A DNA stretch of 63,007 bases, filler included, from Folioceros fuciformis (taxonomy: Eukaryota): assembly GCA_049999805.1 (NCBI GenBank). It is 5 parts of 5 records of this genome, joined end to end, with 100 filler letters (N's around TTAATTAATTAA, not from the genome) between each part and the next. Parts side by side here need not be neighbours in the genome. Positions count along the whole stretch, not along the records: positions 16,682 to 30,332 come from JBNGIO010004133.1; positions 30,433 to 48,296 come from JBNGIO010004134.1; 3 more parts are not named here. One strand, given 5' to 3'. The notes under the pieces were generated by a model, which worked only from the letters and a program-made list of their open reading frames with translations, was not told the DNA's origin and did not search any database. Shown here piece after piece: positions 26,169-39,650 of the stretch. Made by a program: the position numbers and the translations under genes. Numbering within the stretch: the stretch's first letter is position 1; every line of letters begins with the position of its first letter.

Positions 26169-28940
26169 GGCGGCTCATGGGGGAGCCCATAGGAGATCTA
26201 TTCTGCAGCCTGAGGAGCGTTGCACCGAATTTTGAACTCGCGAAAGCTGGGTGATGTGTGGATTTGACTTGTTTCTTGTAGAGGGCCAAAACATATGAAG
26301 CTTTCGTAGGAGGTGCACACCTCCTGAGTTGCAATACATCTGTTGGCTCCTTGTCCTATCAGCATCACGGGACACACTTTTGCCTCATGTTGGTGACGAC
26401 GGGAATTGTAATATATTTCGGACTCAATCCCGTTATTCTCTTCTGCAGTTCTTCCAGACACGTGGAGAAAACTGCAGCTCCTGACGAGGTTCTGTGCTGA
26501 AAACTGGAACTTCTGCACGCTAGTGTCCGAGCGGTCCAGTCTCACGAGTTTGCTTGGTGGCCTTTGCTATCAAGAGAGGAATCTGATGTGGTAGTTCTTG
26601 ACCGCGGTTGGAGATCATAGGGGCAGACCCACCATGTTCGAAGTCTGAGAATTCAACAATGTGGCTTGTAGGGAACAGGTATCTCTGACAGGCCGCGCCG
26701 GTTACCTGGGACAGGCTTGCAGAAAGACAGCACAATTGGAGTTGGAAATATAATATTCCAGGGGTAAAAACGAAGTACAAGCACAACAACAGTGCTGGAT
26801 CTCAGTATCCTGACTTAAGTTGCCTACGGAAAAGGACGAGAGTTTACGCACCATGTCTCCAACTTTTCACACAAAGAAAATATAGGTTCAACCAAGGCAG
26901 GGTCGTATAATTACTCAAGCTCCAACGCCGCACCCAACCGCCGATGCAGGGCTGAGACCAGGTTGGCCGTCCAATAGTTGCAGCCAGCTTTCTTCAACAC
27001 GTGAAGATTTGAAGACCGCCTCGAGGTTTGAGGCCTACCACAACCGCATCATGTGCAAGATATCGGCTTTCCGTAGAGGGAATGCCCGGGGAAGATTCCA
27101 AGTCACACACGCGGAGGAGTCGAGCGGTGTGAAAATTCTGGCGAAAACGACAAGAAGAACCGCAAAGCACACCACGCACCTTTGCTGATCGGCGGAAGGA
27201 GCTTGTTGAGTTCCGTGGCGAAACCCTGGTGGTCGATGTCGGACTTTGCCAATACATGCGCTGATTTTCCTGCTCGCACATTGTCCCAGGCTCGCTTCAG
27301 TGCCTGGCCAACGATGCTTCCGAACTTTAACCGCCTGTTGATATCACTTTGCTAGGAAAATCATGTTGTCATTTCCCTGCATCAATCTTTCGGCTACTGG
27401 AGGAAGTTCCTATGCCTTGAGATCGCGCGATTTGACAACATCCCAATAGATCAGTGCTCCTCAGGTAGCCAAGAATGCCACTATTTCATTACCGTCACGT
27501 CAATACTGAGAGAGGCAACCAGCAATCCTGTAAAAGATGGTTGTGGTTGTGTGGCCGCGACGTACATATTTCTCTTCGATACTAGAAGACGACCTTCAGA
27601 TCTGCTTGGAATCAGACCGCACCTCTCATGAGATCGCTAACCAGAACAACGAGATTCATCAAAATGTGATGTGCGCCAACTGATGAAGTTCCACCGCACA
27701 TCAGTCCGACCAATAATAGGCGCTGCAAAAGCAACTATGTACACCACAACAACGACTGCTAAAACTATGACGTGGTGTATCCCTCTCCCTCCAGCCACTC
27801 CCTCTTTACAACCAATCTTGGGAAAGCTGAAGCGCAGATCCCGCGTCACATCTGCAATTTCCGGAGGCCACGCTGTGATGGAAGTCACTCCTCCGTTAGG
27901 CTGTCTCCGATGTTCAACACCTGAACAGATGGAAGGAATTCAATGATCGTCCACCCGCCCTCTCTTCCTTCCTCGCTTTGCCAACCACAATAAACCACAA
28001 ACGCGGAGACTCGAGGCACGCACGCGTGGCACGAACCGCACCTCGGCGACCAGCATCTGCTTAAAGAAACAGTCCGGCCGCGCCGGTAACACGAAACCGC
28101 ATTGAATTGACCTTCCACGATCCGATCGCAAGAGCACGTCACCGCGCCTCGAGTCCGCAAGTCCTCCAGTCCAGGCCAGTCCGCTCACGAATCCGAGGTC
28201 CATCAGGTTCCCGCTCCCGCCAACAAAAAAGCTCGAAGGTCGAAAACCCCCGTTTCCTCCAGAACGCCGGTGTGAAACGAGCATGCCGAACTCAGCCCTA
28301 ACTCCTGACACCCATGCAGACATATTCCAAACAGAAGTAGGCACGAGCGCCTGCAGAGGTGTGCAGGGTGGACACGTCGCCTGCCCTTTTGCTTCCTGTG
28401 ACTTGTGCCAGCTCCGTGCTCAGTCCCAGTCTCAGTCCCAGCCGCCCATCGACTGTGACACAGGACGACCGTATTGTGCATATGTACTCGTCCCTCGTGT
28501 ACGACATATTTACTTCACACGGCACTCGGTTGGCGGAGTTCATGGCGCTTTTTACTGTACCACCAACTCGACGCCGCGCCATTTAATGGCAAGCACTGCC
28601 TGCCTTGCTCCGCGAGACGCTCGAGTCGCGAAGACCCCTGGCTCCCGGCATCGTGACACATCAAACTTGTAATAACCGTGAGAATCGTGAGAATCGTGAA
28701 AATCGCGAATCGCAAATTCACAATCAAATCAGAGCTAGCACACTGGTTGCTCATGGGTACAATGAAAATGTTCATTGTCAAGTTTCCTTGCTGGGATGAT
28801 TAGCTTGCCTCCTTGAAGACGACCCACTCTTCAATCTTGCATCAATTTGTACACAGACGGAGATTTGTTACATCTCACTTGTATCATTAACACATATTAA
28901 TCCAAGATCACCTCTCTAAGTAGGTGGGATAGATCATTTA

Positions 28941-29330
28941 TGTTGTTCTTCTTGCACGGAAGAGCTCATGGGTAGGTCATTTACGTTGTTCTTCTTGCAC
29001 GGAAGAGCTCATGGGAAGATTGTTTGTGTTGNNNNNNNNNNGTTGTTCTTCTTGCACGGAAGAGCTCATGGGAAGATTGTTTGTGTTGTTCTTCTTGCAC
29101 GGAAGAGCTCATGGGAAGATTGTTTGTGTTGTTCTTCTTGCACGGAAGAGCTCACGAGCAGCAACGTTGCCATCGCTCTTCATTTTCTGAAAGAGTCAAC
29201 CAGTTTGTGTTGTTCTTCTTGCACGGAAGAGCTCACGGGCAGCAACGTTGCCATCGTTCTTCATTCCTTGAAAGAAGAGCTCACGGGCAGCAACGTTGCC
29301 ATCGCTCTTCATTCCCTGAAAGAGTCAACC
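28941..29330. repeat. ~43-bp minisatellite array with degenerate derivative units, contains a 10-N gap
   Basis: Repeated tgttgttcttcttgcacggaagagctcatggg(aagattgtttg) units, followed by gagctcacgggcagcaacgttgccatcg units. Confidence 0.9.
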
Positions 29331-29610
29331 AGAGCATCCCTAGTTAGTACCTATCACTACTTTTTATTCGAACAGATTTTAGCAAGAATATTCATAGTTG
29401 GTACAACGGCCTTGCTCTTTACCTCCACCAAGAGTCAACAACAATACGTACATGAATGAGACACTGCAGATGAAGATCCTTGAGACACGGCAGATGAAGA
29501 TCCTTCTCTTCGTCGAAACTAAGAGGTTACCTTTCTCCCAAAAGGAAGGCCACGATTTGAGACAAAAGGTAAACAACTCAGTTCTTTCTGCTATGGTATG
29601 TCTCGGCTAA

Positions 29611-29745
29611 AGTCTTGAGAAACTTGGAGAATGTCTTGCAGCAGCTTTGTATCTTAGCTGAAGTTGTGAGAAACTTGGAGAATGTCTTGCAGTGGCTTTG
29701 TATCTCAACTGAAGTCTTGAGAAATGTGCAAAATGTCTTGCATTG
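29611..29745. repeat. ~51-bp degenerate tandem repeat, about 3 copies
   Basis: agtcttgagaaacttggagaatgtcttgcagcagctttgtatcttagctga-like units. Confidence 0.8.
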
Positions 29746-29884
29746 GCTTCATGGGTCTCAATTGCAAGGTGAATGTAGGTGATGGAGATTTGCTATAAGA
29801 ACTTGGTTGATGCATTTGTCACCCAATCTCTAACAAAGGCGGCAACTAATTCTTCTCTCACGAGATGGAGAATGGAGGCTACAT

Positions 29885-30332
29885 TGTAGAACAGTTTGAA
29901 GAAGAACTATGCACCCGGAAGAGAGGGGAATAATCCCACCGGAGATGGGTCCTCAGCAGCGATAGGGGAGAGATCGGATGGAGAACTGGATACATACGTA
30001 TCTCAAGCGTGAAATTGACGGGGAGTAAGTTGGAACGTAGAGTAACAATAATTGGAGTTCACGTTGAGTGGTATGAACCTTAAGTTGCGGGCAGGCCCGA
30101 GTCCCAAATGGTGTCCTCTGCCGGTGTGAGGGAGGCTGGTCCCTGGTTCAGACACGCAGTGACGTGCTCCGCGGAGGCCCCAGTCAGTTGCAATAATTTG
30201 GAGCCTGCGGCTGAGCCCGGTCGCGCTTTCTCTCTCCTCTCCCTTCGCTCCTCTCTTATTGCGCCTGTCGGTCAAGAGGGGAAGCCATCCGCAGTCGCGC
30301 AGCTGTAAGAGGAAGGCCCGCGGGGTCGCTCG
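29885..30332. mobile_element. Possible truncated LTR-like element at the contig end
   Basis: An abrupt compositional change begins at TGTAGAAC (29885) and runs into the gap, with no coding potential. No second LTR, PBS or TSD is visible. Confidence 0.25.
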
Positions 30333-30432
30333 NNNNNNNNNNNNNNNNNNNNNNNNNNNNNNNNNNNNNNNNNNNNTTAATTAATTAANNNNNNNNNNNN
30401 NNNNNNNNNNNNNNNNNNNNNNNNNNNNNNNN
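30333..30432. other. Artificial contig-join spacer (N-flanked TTAATTAATTAA)
   Basis: 12-mer at 30377-30388 between N runs. Confidence 0.95.
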
Positions 30433-30850
30433 TGCATAAAACATCATAATATAGGTAGGATGAATATCCTATCCACCCTTTCTTTTTTTGTTTAAGCAAA
30501 ATTATATTAAACATTAAACCATAAGCAAAATTATATTGACCGTTAAACCATAATATAATTTAATCATCCATGTTCTTGAAAAATCATACGTTGGAGTCCT
30601 CGATAAACTTAATGTATTTTACCGGTTGAAGTAAAGGGATTTACAATAAACCTAAGCCGATTCTAGGACCAAATCCACTCACAATGAACTTCATTACTGG
30701 TGTAAGGAATTTCCAAGCATGCATCACCCATATGGACATAAAGATGTGAGATGGATTGAGTCACATCCCACACCACATCGAAGCATGGGAAACTATTTGC
30801 CGTCAAAGCACCGGCAAGTAGAAGAGATGCTTCCGCGGCAAATGTAAGTA

Positions 30851-31879
30851 TCACAGCCTGCTCCACGTCGGATATGGACCCGACCACTCCTTACCTAAAA
30901 GATATGAAAGTTGTTCAAACCGATCTGACCCGAAGATGAAGAGGAGGGGATCTTTGCTCCATACGTCTGAGACACCAGATTTGAAGATGAAAATACATGG
31001 AGTGCCGAAAGCTCCCCTCTCCACGGTTAGTTGAGTGTTCTTCTGTGCAAAGCGAAGCGTGAATGAGATGCAGAAGGAAAGACGAAGCTTTTCTCCACAG
31101 GAGACCGATCCAACCTTCAGCTCTTCTTTCACAAGAGAGTCTTTCGTCTGGTGCAAGAAGGTCTCTGCCTCACTCCTCGAAAGCCCAGCAGCCACACAGG
31201 ACTCCAACACGAAAACCGGGTCGGACAGAGACACATCGTTGCCGGGCATCACTCCCCAGATCCTTGTGAACAAGGATAGAAACACCTGAGTCAGTTCCTG
31301 AGACTCGTATCCCTGTCACAAAAGCCGTTGTGTCAGCACCAACAATCGTCCACATGACGAATGGGAAACCCAGAACCCCACCTTGGACAAAGCCACAGCT
31401 GTGAGTAGGCGCTGGCAGAGCATGGAGTTGAACGTCTTAGGATCCAACTCTGCGGGTGGTCCCTTGAAGGGAACGCCCATGAAAGCAGCATTCCGGCGCA
31501 AGTCTCCCTGGACCCATTCCCCTGCGTTCACATCCACCCCAACATCAAAAGCTACAACCCACCGCGAGAACGCCTGATAAGTGAAGTGAGCACTGACCAC
31601 GAGCAGGGACGACGGCAGGCGTCGCGTTGCCTGTAGCCTTATGGATTGCTCCCAGGAGGACAGGCACCACCGTCAACCGCAGATTCCATCTCTCACGATA
31701 CCTGTCGGCTCAGTGTCACTCACACCAGGGCCTCCACCGAAGTTTGAAGCACCGAACTGGATCAACTCCGACCTGAGCAGCACGGTGAGGCAGAACCAGG
31801 AGTACGGCGATCCAACATCCAAGCACACCATCACGGGCACGCTGTCCTCTCCTGCCAAGACAACTCGGGACTTTGCCAT
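30851..31879 (-). CDS. Glutathione S-transferase kappa / HCCA isomerase (DsbA-like fold) with C-terminal PTS1, multi-exon
   Basis: N-terminal CLDVGSPYSWF, then RYRERWNLRLTVVPVLLGAIHKATGNATP, GDLRRNAAFMGVP, NSMLCQRLLTAV, VKEELK/KNTQLTVERGAFGTP and FGSDRFEQLSYLLG, ending WSRL*. Confidence 0.88.
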
Positions 31880-32592
31880 CGGATTGAACGCTGGTAGGGG
31901 AACGCTTGAGACAAGCTTGCTAACACAGAAGACCACAACACGCATAATTTGATGATGAACGCTCAAGAACCTTTACCTGCCATATGGAATGATTCTCTCA
32001 TGCGTCAACTAGCATGGCTCGCAACCTGCAGAAGCGATGTCAGCCCCTTCTGCTTCTCTTGTCCTGTTTCCCATACGGGCACTGTCCATGTACTAGTCTC
32101 GGCGCCGGCTTCTAGAATTTAACTCCGGGTTCCAGCAGCTTCCGCTTTGGACAGCAACGGCTGCGATCAAGTCTTCACCAGTTCCACGCTCTCTCGGCCG
32201 TTGGATGGGAACTTTTGAAGACCATCTCTTGTCTTGTGTGAGCTGCTTCTGTGCGCTGGATTCCAGGTGTTGGCGGGGCTCGGTTGTCTGCAGATTCCTG
32301 CGCTGCAAGGGTGAGCCCGAACACCATCGGAAAACGCTGCGGCATTGAGCTTCCAAGGTGTTGGCTTTGAGTGGGCTGCGCGCCGAGGGAAGCACAAACC
32401 TTAGTCCCAAATTTCTCCTGGCTTTGTTGCCGGGATTCTCCCGTTGAGGAGAACGAGAGGTGGTTTTGGGGGTTGCCGTGAATTCCAGTGTCTTCAGCGG
32501 ATCTGTGTGCGTCGTGACACCAGGATTTGACGTAGATTTGACGTAGTGGCAACTCGTGAGGAGTGGCTGCTTGGGTGTAGTGGGGACGGATA

Positions 32593-34475
32593 ATGGGAAC
32601 CGACAGTGAGGCCGATGGGGTTGTGGCGGAAGCGCAGTTCACCAAGACCTCTACAGTGCCAGGTGTAGAGGAAGGAGAAGGAAATCGGGATGCAGATGAG
32701 ATCACGAGTGAGTTCACCCGATCTCCACGAGACTCCGCTGGGCATTACGGGATTTGACGTTCTGGAATTGTGTGACCTAAACATGGGCCTCAGGAATTTG
32801 GTGCGCTAAAATGCTGTCGGTCTCACCCTGGAGCGCAGGTAGTGATGACGTTGAGGAACTTCTCAGCAGCTCTGAGGAAAGGAATTTGATGCTTCCTCCT
32901 CAGGTGAACTCAGAAACGTCGGTTGTGGCTGACGGTGTCACTAAGCAGATCATCAAGGAGGGGCATGGTGAAGCTCCTGGCAAACATGCTACGTGCTTTG
33001 GTACTATACCCGCTCACCTTGGACACTTGTTATCTTCTTCCTAACCTGCGTTTCCGATCGTTTGCTGTCTTGGCTATTTATTATGCTGCCTTCCTTCTGT
33101 TCCTTTTCTCTGAAGCATATTGGATGAGCAGTGCATTACAGGGCATGGTCCACTGTAAAGATGCACAAGTTTGAAGACACTTGGCAAGAACAGCAAGTTG
33201 TGGAGATTCTCCTAGGCCACGGTAAGTTTGGCTTGAGCTGTGAAGACTACTTACTGCACGGCAGTTGCTGAAGATTTTTTTTTTTCTCACTGTGACCTCG
33301 TCCTCATCTGTTGTAACAGAGAAGAAGGAATTGCGTGGTCTTGCTATTGGTATAAGTAGTATGAAAGCAGGAGAACGGGCACTTCTGAAAGTCGGCTTTG
33401 AATTGGGATATGGCAAAGAAGGAAATTTTTCGTTTCCCAATGTGCCTCCCAAATCCGATCTGATATATGAAGTGGAGCTCATTGGTTTTGAGGACGCCAG
33501 GGAAGTAAGCTTCACATAATAACAAATTCAGTCTTTCCATACCATGGATAGCGGGTTGTCTTGCGCGAGTGTGATATGATCTTGTTGTAGGGAGTGATGT
33601 TGAGCCCTTCTTGATTTCGGTCAATGGTATTATATTGACCTTTCCTTTCGCTCACACCAACTCCCACACTGCAATGTGTTGCAACAGGGTGTGGCACGTG
33701 CTCAAATGACTGTAGAAGAACGCATTGCAGCCGCTGACAGGCGGAGGGTAGATGGCAACGAGTTTTTCAGGGAAGAAAAGCTGGATGAAGCTGTGCAACA
33801 ATACGAAATGGTGGGCTGATTTCACATTTTCCGCGCCTTTAGAAGTTCCGACTCAATTTTCCCTGCCAATGTTTAATCTGTCGTTCAATTCGTGTGTTAA
33901 GGCCCTTGCTTACTTGGGAGATGATTTTATGTTCCAACTTGAGGGAAGGTTCAAGGACATGGCTGATGCTGTTAAGCATCCCTGTCACCTCAATTTGGCT
34001 GCATGCTTCTTGAAGAAGGAGCGTTTTGATGACTGTATCGGTCAGTGCACGGTGGTAAGTAAAACCCTCCTACTACGTCAGTATACTCAAAGGCAGCGCT
34101 AGCGAAATGCGGTGACAATCCTCCGGTTCTCCTATTCAGGTTCTCGTTGAGGACAAGACCAATGTCAAGGCTCTGTTTCGACGAGGGAAGGCCAGGGCTG
34201 CTCTTGGGCGAACAGATGAAGCAAAGGGAGATTTCTTGTTGGCCAAAAGCTTGGCTCCCAACGATAGATCCATAGTCCGCGAACTTAAGGAGATAGCAGT
34301 TCAAGAGAAGCAGCTGTATGAAAAGCAGAGAGAGTTCTACAAGGGTATCTTCAAACCACCAGTGGCTGTGCAGAAGCAGCCCTTGCCAACAGGTTGGCTC
34401 GCTGTTGTTCTATTGTGGCTAACGGCGCTCTTCAGACCCTTCCTCAGGTTGTTCAGGAAGCCCAAATCAGCTTAG
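32593..34475 (+). CDS. TWD1: FKBP42 / TWISTED DWARF1-like immunophilin (FKBP domain + TPRs + C-terminal membrane anchor)
   Basis: Motifs VTKQIIKEGHG, VHYRAW, HKFEDTWQEQ, EKKELRGLAIG, GYGKEGNFSFPNVPP, MTVEERIAAADRRR, AYLGDDFMFQLEG and NVKALFRRGKA, with a hydrophobic tail WLAVVLLWLTALF. The first exon 32593-32707 splices in frame to about 32839. Confidence 0.93.
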
Positions 34476-34960
34476 TTTTTTCGTTGGGTTTTACATGGAA
34501 GTTCCCAACCGAGAACGTCTGTTTCATCTCTTTTACCGCCAACTTATGACCCGCATTTGTGGGCCGAGTCTGATTAAGGGCCGAGCGACCAGGCAGGCAA
34601 GACAGTGAAACAATTGGTGTGTAATCTATATAGGACTCTTAAGTTCTGGTTCGTTAGCCAGAGATAACACTTCTGCGCGTCCAAATGAAGCTTCTGGACA
34701 ACCTTCTTGCGTGATGTTTATCTCCTGCGTTACGTCATCGTGAACGCCTGCCATAGCCGTCTACTAGAGCTGCGTTTCTGGATTGCCATCCAGATAGGCC
34801 GCATTTGCCGACGAGCATGGTGGCTGTAGCAGCGTGCGGCAGCCTGGAGATGAGATCGGCTGCTCTGATTTGGCTTAGCAGAGTGGCCAACTGAGGATCT
34901 CTGCCTGCACTCCAATTGAGTGCTGGCCGAGCTTGGTGAAGAGTGATTGAAATTTGGACA

Positions 34961-37132
34961 ATGGCGAAAGTAGGGACTCCTCTCTGTACTCTCGCTCTGG
35001 CATCGTCGTTGCCTACCTGCTCCACTTCCCAGTCACATTGCCATGCCACGCCTCAACTGGCTTTTAAATTCGGGCCTACCAAGAGGCCGGGGAGGCTGCA
35101 ACGGAATAGATTCTCCATGCAACCGATTTACATGGTAGTCAGAATTGAAGCTCAGCAGTGCAGGCAGTCAGGATTCCCTGTCACAAAGCAGCTGAATGAG
35201 AGGGCAGGTCAGCAGGATGAGGGAAGCCTCGCCAGTGTTGCAAAGTCGGCAGAGGCCTTGGTGAAGAGGATGATAAAGGCAATCAATTTGTCAGAAAGCT
35301 CTTTCGAACTCTCTGAAATGTCATCTCAGTGCTTCCAGAGANNNNNNNNNNNNNNNNNNNNNNNNNNNNNNNNNNNNNNNNNNNNNNNNNNNNNNNNNNN
35401 NNNNNNNNNNNNNNNNNNNNNNNNNNNNNNNNNNNNNNNNNTCTCCGCGGTGCCAAGAAAGCTGCAAACAGATGAGCTGCAAACGGTTCAACTCTTTAAG
35501 GACAACACTCCCTCTGTGGTCTACATCACCAATCTGGCAGTCCGGTATGTCCTCCCTTGTCCATCCTCTGTCATGCTGGCTGAACTAATGCCGTGCATCT
35601 TTAAACCCTAAACCCCCTCATATCTAATGTGCGCTTGTCACCTGCCTTCAAGTCCACTTCCTGTGCTAAAAACGAATGATGGTGTCTTTAGCAGGAGGGA
35701 TGTCTTCACACTGGATGTGATGGCTGTCCCTCAAGGATCAGGATCAGGATTTATTTGGGATAAGGATGGGCACATTGTGACAAATTACCATGTGATCAGA
35801 GGGGCTTCTGATTTGAGGTATTTGGAAGATGAAGTTGCAGCTTCTTCTGCTAGGCTTCCGCATCCATGCGCTCCCTTCACGTTGAAGGCAACTCGCTGTT
35901 TGGCAGGGTTACCCTGGGCGATCAGTCTGTGTATGAGGCTGATGTGGTGGGATACGATGAGGATAAAGATGTGGCTGTGCTTCACATTGATGCTCCTAAA
36001 ACGAAGCTTCGGCCTTTGCCAGTTGGAAGCTCGTCAGATCTTCTCGTCGGGCAGAAAGTGTTCGCTATCGGAAATCCGGTGAGTGCATCCTGCAGGCTGT
36101 GTTCTTCAATGCTCTCTCACCAGCAAGTAGCGGCTAATTAAATCAAGGGCATGGACATGGTTTGCAGTTCGGCCTTGATCACACGCTGACGACAGGAGTG
36201 ATCAGGTTTGCCTTTTGTCACCGTCTGAATTTTCTGTCTAATTCTGCCTAATACAAACGACAGAAGGGCCTTCTTACATTTGTCTTACTGCAGTGGCCTT
36301 AGGAGAGAAATCAGCTCGGCTGCAACTGGGAGACCGATCCAAGATGTGATACAGACAGATGCAGCCATCAATCCTGGAAACAGTGGGGGACCACTTCTTG
36401 ATAGCTCAGGAAATCTGATTGGTATCAACACAGCTATTTATTCCCCTTCGGGTGCCTCATCGGGGGTTGGCTTCTCTATACCTGTGGATACAGTAAGTAC
36501 ACAAGGTGGAATGAGGTTTGCCTCTTTCTCTACTGTAAGTGCAAGTAGGCACTGGCTGCAATGAGAGCTCGAGGAGATGAGCCTTGGTTGACATGGGTTT
36601 CAGGTTAGCGGGATTGTGGAGCAAATAGTGAAGTTTGGCAAGGTGACAAGACCTATACTCGGTATCTCTTTTGCCCCCGAGCAATCAGTGGAGCAGCTTG
36701 GGGTCAGCGGGGTTCTGGTTCTGGATGCTCCTCCCAGTGGGCCAGCCGGCAAGGCTGTACGTTCTCTATCTTTTTTCTCACAACCATCTCTTCTGTGTCC
36801 TTCAGAAACGTGGATGTTTTTCATTTGCGTCAAACTCTTGCAGGGCCTAAAGGCAACATCCAGAGACTCCTATGGTCGGCTAGTCTTAGGTGACATTATC
36901 ACGTCCTTGAACGGCCAGAAAGTCACCAACGGCAGTGACCTCTACAAAATCCTTGACCGCTGCAAAGTGGGAGATGTGGTACGCCATCACACCCTTTCTT
37001 GCATTGCCTTTCGAAGCCTGCAGACTGCATGCACGTAGTGAGCTCAGCTGGCATGCTGTGCAGGTGACTGTGGAGGTGTTGCGGGGGGACAAGACTCTCC
37101 AAATCCCTGTGACGTTGGAAGCCAGAGATTGA
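34961..37132 (+). CDS. DEG1: Thylakoid-lumen Deg/HtrA serine protease DEG1 (trypsin + PDZ), spans an N gap
   Basis: Motifs [56 protein letters not shown] and [18 protein letters not shown] (His/Asp/Ser triad), with PDZ sequence [10 protein letters not shown] and GRLVLGDII. Gap at 35342-35441. Confidence 0.95.
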
Positions 37133-37635
37133 CGAGCAGGCGATCTGGAGCTTCCCGAGAACGTGTATCATACAATGTTGCATTCTGCATTCGCTTGGGC
37201 TCGCAGTAGAAACTATTGTGTGATACTGAATCCATATCATCATCAAATTTGGGTCATGGCTCCAAACTTTCATGGTGCTCGCTGTTCCCTCTCTCTCCGA
37301 ATTCTTCCCCCGACATCCGTCAAAATTGAAGCTGCGTGCGTGCAGCGATTCCCGAAGTCGACAACTAGCAGCTCCCAATCCAGACGCACCTGATCCGTCC
37401 ACAACGCTGGGATATCCTGGTTCAAGTTGGGGAGGGGAAAGGTGTGCTTCTACTTGTGAGAAAATTTGGTGTGGAAGGAAGATCCAGGGTCGCGATGGTA
37501 TGTAGCGTAGCCCGGATCCGTTGATTTAGGGTTGATCACCTCCTGGGATTGTTTAGCGCTGCAGGAATCGGAGCCCAGCAGTCTGTTCGAGAAGCGGAGA
37601 ACCTGTGAACCTGCGACGGCAGATTAGTGCAAGAG

Positions 37636-39061
37636 ATGGCAATTGGTGTGCTGGCCCTGCAGGGTTCCTTCCACGAACACATCGCCGGTGAGTGGAAAAT
37701 CTTCTAACGTTGTTAGATTGTGCGTAAGTTTGCCACTGGCGTCGTTGCTGGAGTTGTGGCTGATCTCGAGTTTGTGCACAGCGCTCAGAAAGATAGGTGT
37801 CGAGGCTGTGGAGGTGAGAAAACCGGAGCAGCTGGTTGGCTTATCTGGACTCATCATACCAGGCGGGGAGAGCACTACGATGGCCAAATTAGCTGAACAC
37901 TACAATTTGGTAACAACACAGACACGTTGTTCTTCTTGCTCCTCAGCCTCCAAGTTATTTATGCGCGCACGTCGTACCGCTTTTTATTGTGAACGGTGGA
38001 CTGACAGTCGCTTGCGTAAGCTCCAACATCTTCTAAAAGTGTTCTGACGGAGTCACTTGCGCTGCAGTTTCCAGCATTGAGGGAGTTTGGATCTTCGGGA
38101 AAGCCTGTCTGGGGTACCTGTGCCGGGTTGATTTTTTTAGCAAACAAAGCAGTAGGTGAGATTCTCACAGGCGAAAACCATGTGCGGGGTTGAGTAAGTG
38201 ACATTACAGCACCTCGGTTGCGCAATGACTCGTTGCCTGTCAAGCAGGGCAGAAAGTAGGAGGACAAAACCTTCTTGGAGGCCTAGACTGTACAGTGCAT
38301 CGCAATTACTTTGGGAGCCAGGTGTCCCTTTTCACTCCTTGACCTGAATGACGGTGAGTTTGCTCTTGCAGACGTCTGGTCTGTCAGTTTCCTAAGTGAA
38401 GTTGCTGCCTCATCGGTTTGCAGCTCAACAGCTTCGAGACAGAGCTTCCTGTGCCGGATCTTGTAGCGAAGGAAGGAGGCCCACCTACATTCCGGGCCGT
38501 TTTCATCCGTGCTCCAGCCGTTGTGGAAGCCGGACCCTCAGTGGAGGTTCTGGCTAGCTATGTCGTGCCCTCATGCAATTCTGAGACAGATTCCGACTCT
38601 CCGACAGAAAAGGTCAGTATTCGTCTGGACTCAGACCCAACAAATAGTGGACTGTGTGTCTGGGACTCTTTATCCGGAAAACTAGTTCCTTGTTTTCACA
38701 GGCTCAGGCGTCGTCTGTGCAGAGCAAGGAACCAACAGGACAGAAATTAGTTGTAGCCGTCAAACAAGGCCATCTTCTGGGGACTGCGTTCCATCCAGAG
38801 CTGACATCGGATACTCGCTGGTACTCGCTGTGCTTTGTACTTCTACACCCTACCACGTGAGTCCGAATTCTCTTTTTCTTCTGCAAACTGACAAAAGTCA
38901 CCTTGCACTGCAGGCACAGTTTCTTCTTGAAGATGGTAAGACAAGCTGAAACTCCAGAAGCCAAGTCTGGTATCACTGACAGCTTAAACTTGCGGCCCCC
39001 TCAAGTGAGAGATCTTCCGGTCTTCAGAGAAAGTGAGCATCTAAGCATTGATCTAGCTTAG
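37636..39061 (+). CDS. PDX2: Pyridoxal 5'-phosphate synthase glutaminase subunit
   Basis: Motifs [61 protein letters not shown] and C-terminal DLPVF; stop at 39059-39061. Confidence 0.96.
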
Positions 39062-39650
39062 GCTGAGCTACACGAAATTTACAATTATCACTATGAAAGG
39101 AGATACATTTGTCTTGCTACGATTGTAGCGCTTCTTACAAACCTTATTTCAATAGTTGGACGTTACTAAGGGACACGAGAGTTCTTAGTTCCGTACAAGT
39201 GTTACATTCATTTTCCAACCTTCACGGCTGTAAAGGGCACTGTCGTAAGCACTCTTGCACGTCATCTTCCAACTGTGCCATCTTATTTCTGGTAACTGCC
39301 AAGTGAGTCAAAGACTTGATCCCACCTCTTCGATCCTCCATGCAAATAGAACATTAGAACGTTGATGAAGCCACGATACGATGGGGGAAAGACGTCTGTC
39401 TCTGTTCCTGAAATGTGCCAATTGCGCAGAGTGAGCTTGCTTTCAACCATCAAGACCTTCACCAACGGGCACAAGGACCAACGGACATCGAACAACCTGA
39501 GTCTTGGCGCTTGACTTTGGGCATATACTTCAGCGCTTCGCTCTCATTTTGGCAGCAATCTTTTCTGCTTGACATAGGTGGGAACCTCGCACGACATTAG
39601 TGAAGCCAAGAAGCTGAAGTGCCGGACAGCCACATGCAACATCACGAACC

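Noticed and set aside
26815-28700. Coding-looking fragments downstream of SS1
   Set aside because: The frames are broken by stops and I recognise no family. They may be a decayed TE or gene, but this is unsupported without a search.
28941-29330. Regularly spaced repeats resembling a CRISPR array
   Set aside because: The intervening sequences are themselves repeated, so there are no unique spacers. There are no cas genes and the context is eukaryotic; this is a minisatellite.
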